Below are positions 12,930 to 26,033 of a DNA stretch of 64,000 nucleotides, piece after piece. This DNA comes from Callorhinchus milii. Its lineage: Eukaryota. The notes below the pieces were generated by a model. That model ran no database searches, had not been told where the DNA came from, and saw only the letters and a program-made list of their open reading frames with translations. A program made the position numbers and the translations under genes. Within the stretch, counting starts at the first letter, position 1. The number at the start of each line of letters is the position of its first letter. The DNA is taken from positions 110,238,001-110,302,000 of the forward strand of contig NW_024704743.1 in NCBI RefSeq assembly GCF_018977255.1, in the 5' to 3' direction.

Positions 12930-13191
12930 CTCAAGCGCTTCACAGAATATACTGTAAAGTGAATTGACCGTATATTTGTGGGTGAAACGTGGCAGCCAAT
13001 TGCGCACAGCAGTGTCCCACAAACAGTCGTGGATTGAAAATGACCAATTTATTATTGTTTTTGTTTTTTGGAGGGATTATTATTAGGCGTGTGGAGTAAG
13101 GAAACTTGCCCAAGGTTTCGCCCTGTCTGGAATTGAACCCAGGTATCTCGCTTGTGATGCGAGTGCTCTAACCACAGAGCTACAGGATTCC
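12881..13191 (-). mobile_element. SINE family A, full length, short variant
   Basis: Minus strand: tRNA-like head ggaatcctgtagctctgtggttagagc...gggttcaattcc (A/B boxes), body, and ...gcgctatatcaaatgcaaggattatta tail. Confidence 0.9.
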
Positions 13192-13209
13192 ACCAGTTGG
13201 GCTCACTTG

Positions 13210-13505
13210 GTGGCTAAATCAGTAGTACTCTCACCTCTGGATCAGCAGGTGGTGGGTTCAAATCCACGCTGGGACCTTGAACTCACAGTCTAGGCTGACA
13301 CTCTAGTGCAATGCTGGGAGAAGTGCTGCCCTTTCGGAGGCGCTGTCCCTCAGATGAGATGTTAAATCGAGGTTCACATCTCAGGTGGTTGTTGAAGATC
13401 CCATGGCACTGTTCAAAAAGAGAAGGGAGTTTCTTCAAGGGTCCTGGCCAACAATTCCCCTATTAAAATTGGTTACTCAAATCTTTTGGAGACACTGCTG
13501 CACAC
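13210..13505 (+). mobile_element. SINE family B (Deu-like)
   Basis: ctcacctctggatcagcaggtggtgggttcaaatcc head; gatgagatgttaaatcgagg...gaagatcccatggcactgttcaaaaagag...gtcctggccaacaatt. Confidence 0.8.
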
Positions 13506-13579
13506 AGATGATCTCTATGCACTCATTACCCACACTGGAGCAAGGCACTTGCCAAGTAGTTTAGATTAACACTCCTCCG

Positions 13580-13897
13580 TTAAAGTTGAGTCAGTCTCAC
13601 CTCTGGGTCAGAAGGTTGTGGGTTCAAGCCCCATATCGGGGCTTTGAGCCTCACAGTCGAGCCTGACATTCCAATGCAGTATTAGGGCAAAGGCTGTATT
13701 GCTGGAGGTACCAGCCTTCAGATAAGATGTTGAACTGTAGTCCTGTCTGCCTGCTTGGCTGGACATTAAAGATCCCACGGCATTTTTGAAAATGAAAAAT
13801 TAGGTTGTCCAGGCCAACAATCTCCCTGATAAAGTGATTATTCATGTCATGGGTGTTTGTGGGGCCCTGTGTGGAGATTGACTGCCACGTTGACACA
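13580..13897 (+). mobile_element. SINE family B (Deu-like), 3' end interrupted by a family A copy
   Basis: ctcacctctgggtcagaaggttgtgggttcaagccc head; ggacattaaagatcccacggca core. Confidence 0.8.
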
Positions 13898-14284
13898 GAG
13901 TCCTGTAGCCCAGTGGTTAGAGCACTCACCTCACAAGTGGGAGACCTAGGTTTGATTCCCAGGCAGCATGAAACATTGGGCAAATTTCCTTACGCTACAC
14001 ACCTCTGTTTACCCAGCAGTAAGTAGCAACCCGGTTGTTAGTCGATTGGTGGATCGCTTTTCCGGGGGTAATAATTCCTTCAAAAAAATATGAATAATAA
14101 TTTGGTCACTCAATCCACAACTGTTTGTGGGACACTGCACTGCTGTGTGCAATTGGCTGCTGTGTTTCACTCACAAAAAATATACGGTTAATTCACTTTG
14201 TATATTTACAGCGTATTCTGTGAAGCACTTTGAGATGTCCTGAAGACATGATAAGACACTATATCAAATGCAAGGATTATTATT
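13898..14284 (+). mobile_element. SINE family A, full length, long variant
   Basis: gagtcctgtagcccagtggttagagcac head; extra segment ctgtttacccagcagtaagtagcaacccgg... (14005-14068); tail ctatatcaaatgcaaggattattatt. Confidence 0.9.
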
Positions 14285-15329
14285 TACAGGCACGTTGGGA
14301 AGAAATGTTATGACCAGTGTACCAAATGTGAATTTTAAGCAAAAAATTTTCTCCCACTTATTCAAGAAAACGTGGAACATCTCTTCCCCACTTTCCCCCA
14401 CATCCCCCTGCCCCTCTTCACACTTTCTCTGGTGAGAAACTGGCAATACCCATCCTGTGTGGGTTTGCTGTGTGAATTTGTAGATTAATATCCATTGATG
14501 TCCTGCAGTGAACATCTGCTGCATCTCTGTCACTGATCGCTGTGCCACAGAATCTCACGGGCAAATGCACAAATATAGCAATTCAAACTAATAATTTACA
14601 ATATCTTGTAAGTGTAACTACAGCAGGTATTAATAATCCTTGCTTTGATTCAGCACCACTGGGATCACAAGGGGTCTCACACGAAATTGCTGTCAAGTGT
14701 AGTAACTGCATACTTGAAGCAAACAGCTATGAAAAAGTATACAGAATTATATAGAGTGTTACAGCACGGAATATATTTTGGTCTACTAATCTGTATCAGT
14801 GTATATACCAGGAGTCTCCACCCTTTCTATTCTCCTCTCCCATGCCTCTCTCTTCTCTTCTCTCTTATGTATATATTAAATGTCCTCTTAAGTATGCTGA
14901 TACTTTCTGCTTCAACCCCAGATTCCAGAAGTGAGTTACTCATTTTCCCCAACCTCTACAATAACAATAATCTGTTTTTTCTGGGGTACTGTTGACGTGG
15001 ACACTGGAAGAAATTCTCTTCCCTTTTTAAATGGTGTTGTGGGATCTTTAACGTCTATCTGAACAAGCAGATCGGCCCTCTGTTTTGACATGTCATTTGA
15101 AGAACAGCACCTCTAACGATACAGTACTTCCTCAGCACTGCACTTGTGTCATCCTGGACTGTGAGCTCCAAATCCAGGTATAGTGCTTGAACTCACAACC
15201 TTCTGTCTCAGAGGACGGAGGGCTATCAACGGAGCCAGGCTGATACCTGAACAGCCTTCCCTTGTTCTTCCCTTGTCTTTTCAGTTTGTGTCATGGGATG
15301 GTTGACTTGCATCTTCCCCTACCCAGCTG

Positions 15330-15500
15330 CCACATTGGTGAACAACGAGAAGTAGAAGGACCAGAAGGAGGACCCCTGGCTGACTTTCCCCTCCCTGACC
15401 CCGGGAAGACAGGAGCCAACTAACCACCCTATACAGGCTCGGGGAGACCAACAAACTCAGCATAGACTAGGATTCGAACCAGCCTGTAGCTCTGTACACC
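15330..15500 (-). mobile_element. Old SINE-like repeat (family C), fragment
   Basis: Minus strand ggttcgaatcctagtctatgctgagtttg...agggaggggaaagtcagccagggg resembles 18235-18330 (gaatcccaatccatgctgagtttg...agggaggggaaaagcaaggg). Confidence 0.45.
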
Positions 15501-17997
15501 ACAGCTCTATTACTACACAATCATGAGACTGCCCTCAAGATAACACTTTCAATGTAATAATTAACACATTGAATCTAGTATGAAATCTCGCAACTTTACA
15601 CAGCTCTCTTCTGTGAGTGTGACATCGGGTCCCAGTGACAGATCCACAGCTCTCTTCCGTGCTCTTTATTTGCACACGAATCACTGGAGTAGAATTACTT
15701 GCACTGACTCAGCTTGTAAATATTTATGTTGCATTACCAGCTCCATGGGTTGGCATTACTGTCCATGTCACAGTCTGTTCCCTCGTATTTGCATGGTTCC
15801 TACCATCACTGATTCCGCTTGTGTACGGTCTGAGCAGGTATTCCTCACGCTGGGTGCTGCTCTGCCCTTACGCAGAAAAAGAACACACTCCGCAACCTCC
15901 CTCAACCCATCACCCCAACCCCCCCCTCCCCCCACAAAGAACAAGTTATAATAATAATCCTTGCATTTTTTTTCATGTTGTGTAAATGTCGCAAAGCAAT
16001 TCACAGGATTTCTTGTAAAGTATGGTTACTGTGTATTTTGTGGACAAACACCAGAGCCAATTTTTGCACACAGGAATACCCCACAAGCAGCCACGTAGAG
16101 ATTGACAGATTTTTTCTGGGCAGGACAAATAAATAATAAATAATAATCCTTGCATTTGATGTAGTGCCTTATTGTGTTGGAAGGCTGTTTCTAAGCGCCT
16201 TGCAGGATTTAATATAAAGTGTAGTTTTGTAGGCAAAGATCACAAGAGAGGTTCAAATAAAGAAGACCTTGGGCACATTTGATATTCCTCTGGACTCCCA
16301 CCTACTGTCTTCCCGTTACAACAAAATATAGTTATTTTTCAGAAGAGGCCCTGTCTGTCTGGTCAGGTCGGCATTAAAGATCCCACAACCCTATTTGAAA
16401 AAGAAACAAGTTTCTTTCACAGTGTCCTGAGCAACAATCCCGCAAATAAAAATTGCTTATTCACTTCCAGGCTATTTATACTACATTGCTGTGTGAAATT
16501 GGCTGCCGTGATTACCAACTAAATACACAGTAATTACACTTACAGTAGAACCATCATGATAAGGAAATATTTCAAATGTAAAGATGATTACGTATTATTA
16601 TTTTTGACTTAATTGCAGAAAAGTAAACCTCCATCAAGGAGGGGTAAAGAAATCTACTTGGTTGACTCAAGAGGGAAAAAAAAGCAAAACCGTATGCTAT
16701 AATAATTTCATCAGTTATGATTCATATGAGGTGCATGGCCTTACATGTAAAAATATTTTTAAGTCACCATATTTATGCTTTGCCTGCAGTGCCATCCATC
16801 TGCAAAGAAAGGGAGAACAGCACAAGCTGTTTAGATCTGTTAGTGATGAACATACGAGCTTGAAGGGAATGGACAAGACTGATAGTGGAGGACTCTCTCC
16901 TCTGTGATAGACGGAAACCATCCATAAGGTGTTAGTTTGGCTCATTTCATATCGTTTTAACCTCTGGGTCAGAAAGTCGTGGGTTGAAGCCGTATCAATT
17001 GGTGTCTGACACATGGAGAAACCCATCACCATGCTTAAGAGTATCCAAACCAAATTGAGAATTTCATTCATATAATGCCACCAACACATGGAAATTTTCC
17101 TGTGTCTGGAGCAGAAGGCATACTCCCTCTCTCTGGAAGAATATACCACACTGACCTACCCCTGGAGAGTATTGGGCGCAGCTTGGTGAGAGGTAGGGTT
17201 GAGGACCCCAGAGTGTGCATTGGGGGTAACTGTTGGAGTTTATCAAGCTAAAACTACAATTTGCCATTGAGAGCACTCCATTGTCAGAAGTGTCGTCCTT
17301 CAAATGAGACATTAAACCAAGACTCTGGGTGCTTATTCAGATGGTTTAAAGATTCTGGCCAATATAAGCAAAGGGTTACAGACATTGGTATTTGGTATTC
17401 TGCCCAATGGAAATCGCCGATTTCTTTTTACTGAAGCTATCAAATACCCAGCTTTGAACCATCTGATAGAAATTGCCTCATACATAAAAGGGGCGATTTT
17501 ACATTGATGTGATCAATCATTCTCCCTAGGGTGAGAAGTATATGATTAAAAACAAGCCTCAAAAAATGGGAAAATCATTAGGACGCAAATTGAAAATTAA
17601 AAGGAATTATTATCCATTGAGGGTAAGGACAGAAATTGCTTTTCATGTAAAATGTTAATTCATTTTAAACCTATCAGGGTGCTGTGAAGCATTATAATTC
17701 TTAAAACCAGTTTTCCAGAGATTTTCAAAGGACCTCGGGAAAACGGCTTCCACATTTAGGAATTCTTTGCAAAATTTGAAACAATCTTAACTTTTAAGGC
17801 CTACAAGATATACAGTCACTATAACTTACAGTGAATTCTGTGAAGCGCTTTGAGACGTCCTCCTGAAGTGAAAAGTGCAATCAAAAGTAAGGCTTATTAT
17901 TACTATATTGTTATAAAATCCTTAAATACAGTTTTAATTTGTCTAAAAATACAGTTTTAATTTGGAAGCTGGTTTTGAACAGTCCAATGGTGTAGTG

Positions 17998-18189
17998 CAA
18001 TGTTGTCCAACCTTTTACCTGCTGAGGCCCAAGTTGAGAAACGTCCGTGAGCTGCACAACCAATGTTTCTGTATTTCACTTCCAGAAACATAACAACATT
18101 TATAGGTTATAGAGCGAGTGGGTTGACCAGATGAAGTGGAGGGAGGGGGGGCCGGATGCGGCCCGTGGGCCGCCAGTTGGACCACCCTG
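17998..18189. mobile_element. Non-autonomous hAT (Charlie-type) MITE, 192 bp
   Basis: Imperfect TIRs caatgttgtccaac / gttggaccaccctg; perfect 8-bp TSD GTGTAGTG at 17990-17997 and 18190-18197; subterminal ggccggatgcggcccgtgggcc palindrome typical of Charlie-group MITEs. Confidence 0.85.
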
Positions 18190-18199
18190 GTGTAGTGGA

Positions 18200-18530
18200 T
18201 AGAGCTGCAGCTGACAGACTGGGAGTTTCCTGATATGAATCCCAATCCATGCTGAGTTTGCTGGCCTCTACCAGGTTAAATTGATCCTGACTTTCCTATC
18301 GCTAGGGAGGGGAAAAGCAAGGGTTTCTGCTCCTTATCCCTCTTGTGTGTGTGTGTAGGTGTGTGTGTGTGTGGGAGTGGGGGTACCCGGGTGGGGAGAA
18401 TTCAGGCTCTGCTGTGATAGCCTTTACAATCGAGTAGCCCCACTGACACTCTCTTTCGAAACTCACACAGAAACAATGGACACCCAGGCCATGCCGGAGG
18501 GCAACCAGTGCTTACTCTGTGGAACTGCAA
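18200..18530 (+). mobile_element. Old SINE-like repeat (family C) with internal (GT)n
   Basis: Shares atgctgagtttg and agggaggggaaa blocks with 15330-15500 (minus) and more weakly with 58600-58850 (minus). Confidence 0.45.
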
Positions 18531-18559
18531 GAGGCTGCATTCTTACAACCCGGCCATCC

Positions 18560-18880
18560 CAGGCGCTCCCTCTGCTAAGTGAGCACTGGGCTGCTTCAGG
18601 TGCCCCACCCGCCCCACCATCAGTGGGCAAGCTTTGAACCATTATGTACTTGCTCTGTGGAACTCAATCTCGGAGTCCCCCTGCCCCCCCCCCCCCCCCC
18701 CCCAATTTTAAAGCCTGTCTCAAGATCTATCTTTTCCACCGTGCTTTTGGTCACTATTCCTTCCTCCCAACACACACGCTACCACCCTCCTCAACTCCCT
18801 CTACCCACCCCACTCAGACTCCCAGTCAGCTGCATGAAGTGCTTTGAGATGTCCTCCTGATATGAAAGGCGCTGTAATAA
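18560..18880 (+). mobile_element. L2 LINE 3' end, degenerate, with poly-C run
   Basis: ccaccatcagtgggcaagcttt...aaagcctgtctcaagatctatcttttccaccgtgcttttgg...gtgctttgagatgtcctcctgatatgaaaggcgctgt. Confidence 0.65.
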
Positions 18881-20559
18881 AGATAAAGTGCTATTGCTAT
18901 CATTGAGGAACCCACAGCCTGTGGAGAGGAGACAGGAGTTTGCGGACAAACTGCGGGCAGTAATCCTAATCCCAGTAAAACCTTCTTCTTTTCCTTTTAC
19001 CTCCCTCTTTTTATATATGTATATAACACACAAGAAGGGGAAAAAAAGCTTTCAATTCATCTAGACACCCCAAGGCTCAACATCTCCCGAGCGTTCTGCT
19101 GAGTGATCATTCACAAGTGATATTTCCTCCCAGTGCCAGTGCGGATAATGGCTATGAGACATGTAATACCTCTGAGCCCCCTTTGATGTCGGAGCTCGGC
19201 TACATGTTTTCATTTAGCGCTGCCGCGCCGGGGAAAAAGAATATAAATCTGACAGCTTTCATCGAACTTTGAGCCAAGAAATTGGGATGAACGTGGGAAA
19301 GCCTCTAATGCACTTGTCAGATGCATTCTGATTGCGCGTTTCATTTCGTAAGATGCTTAGTGAAATATATGCAAATGTTGTGGAAACTGCCAATTACGCG
19401 ATTATTATCAGATGAGTGACTAGAAAAAGACTTTATTCTCGCAGAAATTCTGACCAGAAGGGAGATTTAATTAAAAATAAAACCGCCTCTCTCTCTCTTT
19501 TTTAATTACTCTACAGCGGCCCGTTTGAATAATTAATTTGTGTAATCCTCAAGGTTGGGGAGGTGGGAAACAATAAATTTATATCTGATAGAAATATGAA
19601 AAAAAACTCGGGATTACAAAAAAAGACTACTGTGTTTTCCGTCTGTGTTTCGGGGGGGTGGGATGGGGGAGGAATAAGTAGATAAATAAACACTGATAAA
19701 ATTATCAAAATAACTGATTAAAGTCGTGATTAAAAGTCATATTTCTTGCATTTGATACAGTGCTTTTCACATTGCTAATAGTTTCACAGGGTATAAGTAA
19801 AATGTTGTGACTGTATTTTGTGGGTGGACACAAACTGCCATGAAGTGAATGACCAGTTTTAGTTGGAGGATAGTGAAAGCACAGCTGCCAGGAGATTGTC
19901 TTATCTTACAGGTACATCGTGGTTTTTAATTAATTCCTCAAAGTGGATTAACAGAACCCATTTAGGAATGTAAGTTTCCCCAGAACAAATGGGATAACAT
20001 TCAAGTGGAAACCAATTTTGAAGAGGCTCAATATATTTAATACTCGGGGGAAGAGATAGATTAAAACAACAGTGGGTGAAAGGGCTAGAAGCACATCAAT
20101 GCTGAGACAACACAACAACAACAACATTACATTTGTATAGCACCTTTCACGTCGGGAGTACCTCAGGTTCTGGAGCCAAATTAAATAACCACAAAGAAAT
20201 TTGTTTATTTTATAATAAATTTTATAATTTAGTTTATTTGATAATAATACCTCAAAAGAAAAAAATAATAATAATTTGGTCACTCAATTGTGGGACACTG
20301 CTGTGCGCAATTGGCTGCCACGTTTCACCCACAAATAAAACAGTCAATTCACTTTACAGTATATTCTGTGAAGCTCTTTGAGACGTCTAGAAGATGTGAA
20401 AAGTGCTATATAAATGCAAGGATTATTATTATTATTATTATTTGCCTTTGAGATTTTGCAGGTCAAAGAGACGAATGTTGATAGGTGTTCTGAACACCAC
20501 ATCTTACCTCCTTTGGGTTAGGGTCAATAACGAAAGCCACAAATTCTATTTGGTTTTCT

Positions 20560-20632
20560 AATAATAATAATAATAATAATAATAACAATAATAATAACAA
20601 TAACTATAATAAATAATAATAATAATAACAAC
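20560..20632. repeat. (AAT)n/(AAC)n microsatellite
   Basis: Direct reading of the sequence. Confidence 0.9.
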
Positions 20633-20639
20633 ATTGCTC

Positions 20640-20960
20640 CAGAGCAGTGGTGCGGGGTGGTGCTGAATTTTGGAAGTGCCGTCTCACCTGAAAAAGATAT
20701 TAAACTAAAGCCCCGTCTGTACCTGTTCACGTGGATGTTAAAGAACCTACAGCACTAATCAAAAGCAGAATGGAGTTTCTCCCAGTGTCCTGGCCAACAA
20801 TCCCCCAGAAAAAATTGATCATTCGCTTCATGGCTGTTTGTGGGACATTGCTGTGGCACAAATTGGCTGCCAGGTTTGCCTGCAAAATACGTGGTCACTA
20901 CACTTTGGGGTAAATCATGTGAAGTGCTTTGAGACGTCCTCACAAAGTACAAGGCACTAG
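20640..20960 (+). mobile_element. SINE family B (Deu-like), 5'-truncated
   Basis: cctgttcacgtggatgttaaagaacctacagcac...cccagtgtcctggccaacaatcccc...gctgtttgtgggacattgctgtgg...gtgaagtgctttgagacgtcc. Confidence 0.8.
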
Positions 20961-22489
20961 GACAACTCATCTTTTTTATTTTATTATAAATGCAATTTGG
21001 TGTTGTTGTTGATATGGTATTTTGTTGCTTTGAAACATATTAAATAGTAACTTCAATACTTGCCGCCAATTGGTGGAGTGGGCGGGGAATGCACAGCAAG
21101 CCTAGTTTTACGAAGCTGAGGGGTGGTAGTAGAAGAGTGAGGTCCAAATGATGGCCCAGCATCGCTCCCTCAGCACTGCATTGGAATATCAGCCTACACC
21201 ATGTGGCTGAAAGTTCAGACATGGAGGCTTGAACCCACAACCTTTGGATCCAGAGTCGAGAGTGCAAACTGAGGCAGGCTCATGCCTTAAGTCTGGTGAC
21301 TTATGCTACAATATACACTTCATTTATATTCAATTGTATGTTTTGCGAAGCACTTCAACACATTTATTTTTATGTGAATAGTGCTGTGTAAGTGTCCGTT
21401 ATTATTATTAATATTAATATCAGGCCAGTAGGATGATCCCTGTGAAGCAGGTACATTTTTATCAGCTGAATCACTCAATTAGGAATTTTATAGAACGTTG
21501 CCTAAATATCCTTTGACAATTCATAATTAAAGTCGACACATTAATTTAAAAATTATGCACAGATTTATATATAGAAGCTATAAAACTTTCAGTCGTGTAA
21601 GATTTGTTACTTTCCGGAGAGAGAGATAGAAATAGTGAGAGTGAGAAAAAAAGATCAGCAGGGCGTTTGAGGGAAATTTTAGCATTTGAATCTTTAAAAT
21701 AAAAACAAATAATCTTTAAAGGAATGTGGACAGTTAAGTAACTGCTTGCTTAAAAAGAAAGCTTATTTATTAAGTACAGTGAAATCCTCTTATGCAAAAA
21801 ATATAATTGCATTTGATACAGCAGCTAGAAATGTTGAAAGGTCTTAAAACTCCTCACAGGGGATTGGTGTCAGACATAGGTGTATTTGTAGGCAATTGAG
21901 GCAGCTGATTTGCACATAGCATGGTCCAACAATCATCCATAACTGGTTTATATGGGGGATTATTGGCTTGGATATCAGCGAGGAACTCCTTTCTTTTTTC
22001 TAATAATGTCATGGGATTTTTAATGTCCCCCTGAAAAGAAATAGATGGGTCAGCAGTTCAATGTCTCACCTCCAAAACAGCACCTCTGACACTGCTGTGC
22101 CTAGACTGTGAGGACTTGGGGCTCAAACCCACAAACTTCTACTTCAGTGCAAGTAGCACTTAAAATAGCCTGGATATCCCTGAATTTATGTAAAAGCAGT
22201 GAAGTCAACATAATGCATTCCAAAGCCTGCAGGCATGAACATTTTATACTTGTGCGGTGTAAAACTTAATGACAGTTAAACAATTATCATAGAGAATCAT
22301 TTGAGAGCCATAAATTATTAGATTTTTAATAACACGCCTTTATTTTATATGTCTCTTTCATGAAATTCGGGCCACCGATACTTTGTAATTCATTACCAGT
22401 GGATCTAAAGCTATATAACCCTGGATTAGATTTTTAAAATTCATTGAAACCATTCGTCTCGCAAATAAAACAGTATCAGAATACATTGT

Positions 22490-22873
22490 GGAGTCCTGTA
22501 GCATAGTGGCTTGTGCACTTGCCTCGCAAGCAAGAGGACTTGGGTATGATTCCCAGGCAGGGCGAAACCTTAGGCAAGTTTCCTTATTCCACATGCCTCT
22601 GTTTACCAAGCAGTAAGTAGGAACCCAGTTGTTAGGCGATTGGCGGATTGCTTTCCATGGGTAATAATCCCTGCCAAAAAATAATAATAATTTGGTCACT
22701 GAATTCACGACTGCGTGTGGGACTTTGCCGTGTGCAATTGGCTGCCACATTTCACCTATAAAAATATACAGTCAATACACTTGACAGTATATTCTGTGAA
22801 GCGCTTTGAGATAACTTAACAATGTGAAGGTGCTATATCAAATGCAAGGCTCATTATTATTATTATTATTATT
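22490..22873 (+). mobile_element. SINE family A, full length, long variant
   Basis: ggagtcctgtagcatagtggc head; extra segment 22599-22661; (ATT)n tail. Confidence 0.9.
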
Positions 22874-25139
22874 TCTTTACATGGAGGGTTGTGAGAATGC
22901 TATCCAACCTTCCCTCTCTTCCTTCATTGTGTCTGTCCAGAAATTGCCCTTTAATCCACTATCCATGTTGCTGTTCCTGTGTTTGTGTAAGACACTGAAA
23001 TGGTCCTGTCTTCGCCTTAATATTTAAGCCCATGCTAAGCTTCGGAAAATCTTTCAGCCCAGTCTGAATTTGGAAGCTGGTTTCGCGATCGATTTGGTTA
23101 CAACAGGACAAATATCCAAACCACCTATAATATTAATAAACTTTGCATTTGATATAGTGCCTTATCACATCTTCAAGACATCTCAAATCGCTTCACAGAA
23201 TATACTGTAAAGTGAATTGACTGTATATTTTGTGGACGAAATATAGAGTCCAGAAAGCCAACAATGTGACCGACTGAGCGAGGCAGACACTTGCTTATCA
23301 CATCACATTTGACTCCCTCTCCTCCTCCTCCCTCCCCACCACACCCCATATCCAATCTAGAAATTTGACTCATGTGGAATATAAACACCATCATAGACTA
23401 GTTGGGCTGAATGGCCTGTTTCCGTTGTGCACAATCTAAGTGAATCTGTACAATCTATGTAGACTCTAATTCCCCAAGTTTGTTTTTTTGGCTTGCTGCA
23501 TAAACACATCTGGATCAGATATGAATGTGCTTGCCAAGGTCCACTGACTCCCTGTCTCCCAGAAGATCCACTTCAAGGTCCTCATCCTTGTTTATCCATC
23601 TCTTTATGCCCTAGCACCAACCTATCTCCACACCACTCTTCACCCAAGCTTCTGGAATGCCCACTCTCTGTTCCTTTCCTGCTCATTCTGTCTTTATATT
23701 CTGCCTTAAAACCTACCTCTTTAACTACAGGCACCATTAGTTTCCCCTACCCCTTTCTCCCTTTCTCAGATTCCAACCCTCATCTTTGTGAAGTGCTCTG
23801 AGTCATTGCCCTAAGTAAAAGGCTCTGTGTAATGTAAGTTGTTGTTGTTATTGTTGAAAGGAATGGAGGCTGATAAAGATCATGTTTTTTGGTCTGCAAA
23901 CAACTGTGCTTTGTGAGATGCGCGGTGATGGAGACGGATGCAAAGCTAACGTGGGAACAGGTGATTTGCTGCCTAAGGCACCAGCCTTCCTGCACAGAAT
24001 GGCAGGGCCAATGATGATGAACATGAGAATATTTTAACAATGGTGTTTTAAGATGAGTCTGACAAGCAAGAGACCCAGCTCGAAACGACAGCACTGTTTA
24101 GCGCTCTGATATGCTACCCCATGTAAGGGTGCTATATAAATACAAGTTGTAGATTTTTACCCCAGTGACATCTGACTAACACTGTGATGGGGTTAACAGT
24201 AACTCTGGCCTCCAGGCTCATGAGAGCAACTTTATTTATTTGCTTTCACCATTGCTTCAGCAAGTCAAGGGCATGGTAGTAAGTGACTCCAAGCAGCCAA
24301 TACTGTGAAGGAAACAAACAATCTGAAACCTTTCCTCTTTGATGGCCCTCAGACACATTCCCCTAGGAGAAGTGAGAGTTGGGTTAGCGTATGGCTAAAT
24401 AAATAATAATCCTTGCACTTCGTATGCAGGTCAGGAGACATCTCAAAGGGCTTCACAGCAGTCAAAGAACCACAGACCCATAGAAATTTACAAAACAGAA
24501 GACGACCTTTTGACCCATTGTGTTTGTGCTGACTCTTTTAAAGAGCAATAATTTTAGTCCCATTTACCTGCCCTTTCCCCCATATCCCTGCAGATCGTAT
24601 CATTGAAGTGAATGATATGCTGCGTGCTATCACACTGTCAACCAGCCTTCATTGCTCATGCAGAATTGTTTCATAAATCTTCTTTACACTGATTGCCATG
24701 TGGTCAAAAACACTGAAACATTTGCATGGAATTAACATTGGAAGGTTAGCATTTTGCAGCGTTGTCAGTATTAATAAAGCTGTTTTATGGCCCTTGGATA
24801 ACTTTAAGGAGCTCTGATTGCAGTCAAAGCCTGTTAATGTGAGAGAGGAGCTTTCAAATTGCATTTTGATTCCCAGTTTCTCCGTGAATAAAAGGCTTGA
24901 TGAGGACATAAAATTAATGGCAGAGGACTTAGTAGGAAGCATAATACCAGCTTTGAGTGGGCCTGGTCTGCTTCTCTCTCATTCTCTCAGACTCCAAAAA
25001 AATTACCAACCTATTAAGGGATCTTCAAAAAATGCATTCCTCATCTTTCACCATACCTTTTGTGTGGTAAACTTCTTTTAATGATAATAATTGTTATTTA
25101 TCATTAACATTAAACACATAATTTTTTTAAAAAATTAAA

Positions 25140-25557
25140 AATCATTTCATTTGATATAGCACTTTTCATGTCAGGAAGATATCGCAAAGCGCTTCACAGA
25201 ATTTATTGTACAGCGTAATGCCTGCGTATCATGTAGGCAAACACAACAGTCAATTTGAACGTAGCCAATATCTCACAGTGATGAAGTGATTAGTTTTATC
25301 TGGAGGGTATTGTTGACCATGAGGAACTCCAGTCTCTTGTTCAGATTGTACCACGGGATCTTTAACGTCCTCCTGAACAGACAGCCAGGAACTCGGGTTA
25401 ACATTTCATCCAAAGGGTGGCACCTCCTAAAGTGCCGCGCTCCCACAGGACTGCACTGGAGCTTCAGTCTGGACTGTGAATTCAAAGTCCAAGTATGGAG
25501 TTTGAACTGCAAACTTATGAATCAAAGGTGAGAGTACTGCCAACTAAGCCAGGCTGA
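25140..25557 (-). mobile_element. SINE family B (Deu-like), near full length
   Basis: Reverse complement of head, Deu core (gggatctttaacgtcctcctgaacag) and the shared tail. Confidence 0.8.
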
Positions 25558-25712
25558 AAAATGTAATCACATAATTACCTAGAATTGTCATTAAATACAG
25601 AATTATATAGAATGTTACAGCACATAAACAAGCCATTCGACCCGGGTTGTGGTGTTAGTGTTTATACTTCACGCTAGCCTCCATTCCTCCTAATCTTTTA
25701 TGCTATACCCCT

Positions 25713-26033
25713 AGATTCTGTATCTCAGTGGTTAGAGCACTCACCTCGCAAGCGAGAGACCTGGGTTCGATGCCGGGCAGGGCGAAACCTTGGGCAAGTT
25801 TACTTATTCCTCAAGCCTGATAATAATCCCTCAAGAAAACAAAGCAATAATAAATTGGTCACTTTAATCCACGACCGTTTGTGGGACACTGCTGTGCGCA
25901 ATTGGCTGCTGCGTTTCGCCCACTAATATACAGTCAATTCACTTTACAGTATATTCTGTGAAGCGCTTTGACACGTCTAGAAGACATGAAAAGTGCTATA
26001 TCAAATGCAAGGATTATTATTATTATTATTATT
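25713..26033 (+). mobile_element. SINE family A, full length, short variant
   Basis: ctcagtggttagagcactcacctcgcaagcgagagacctgggttcgatgccggg head; (ATT)n tail. Confidence 0.9.

Noticed and set aside
18684..18703. Poly-C runs (also ~44402-44422) as functional G-quadruplex elements
   Set aside because: Simple homopolymer expansions in or beside decayed L2 sequence, with no further support.
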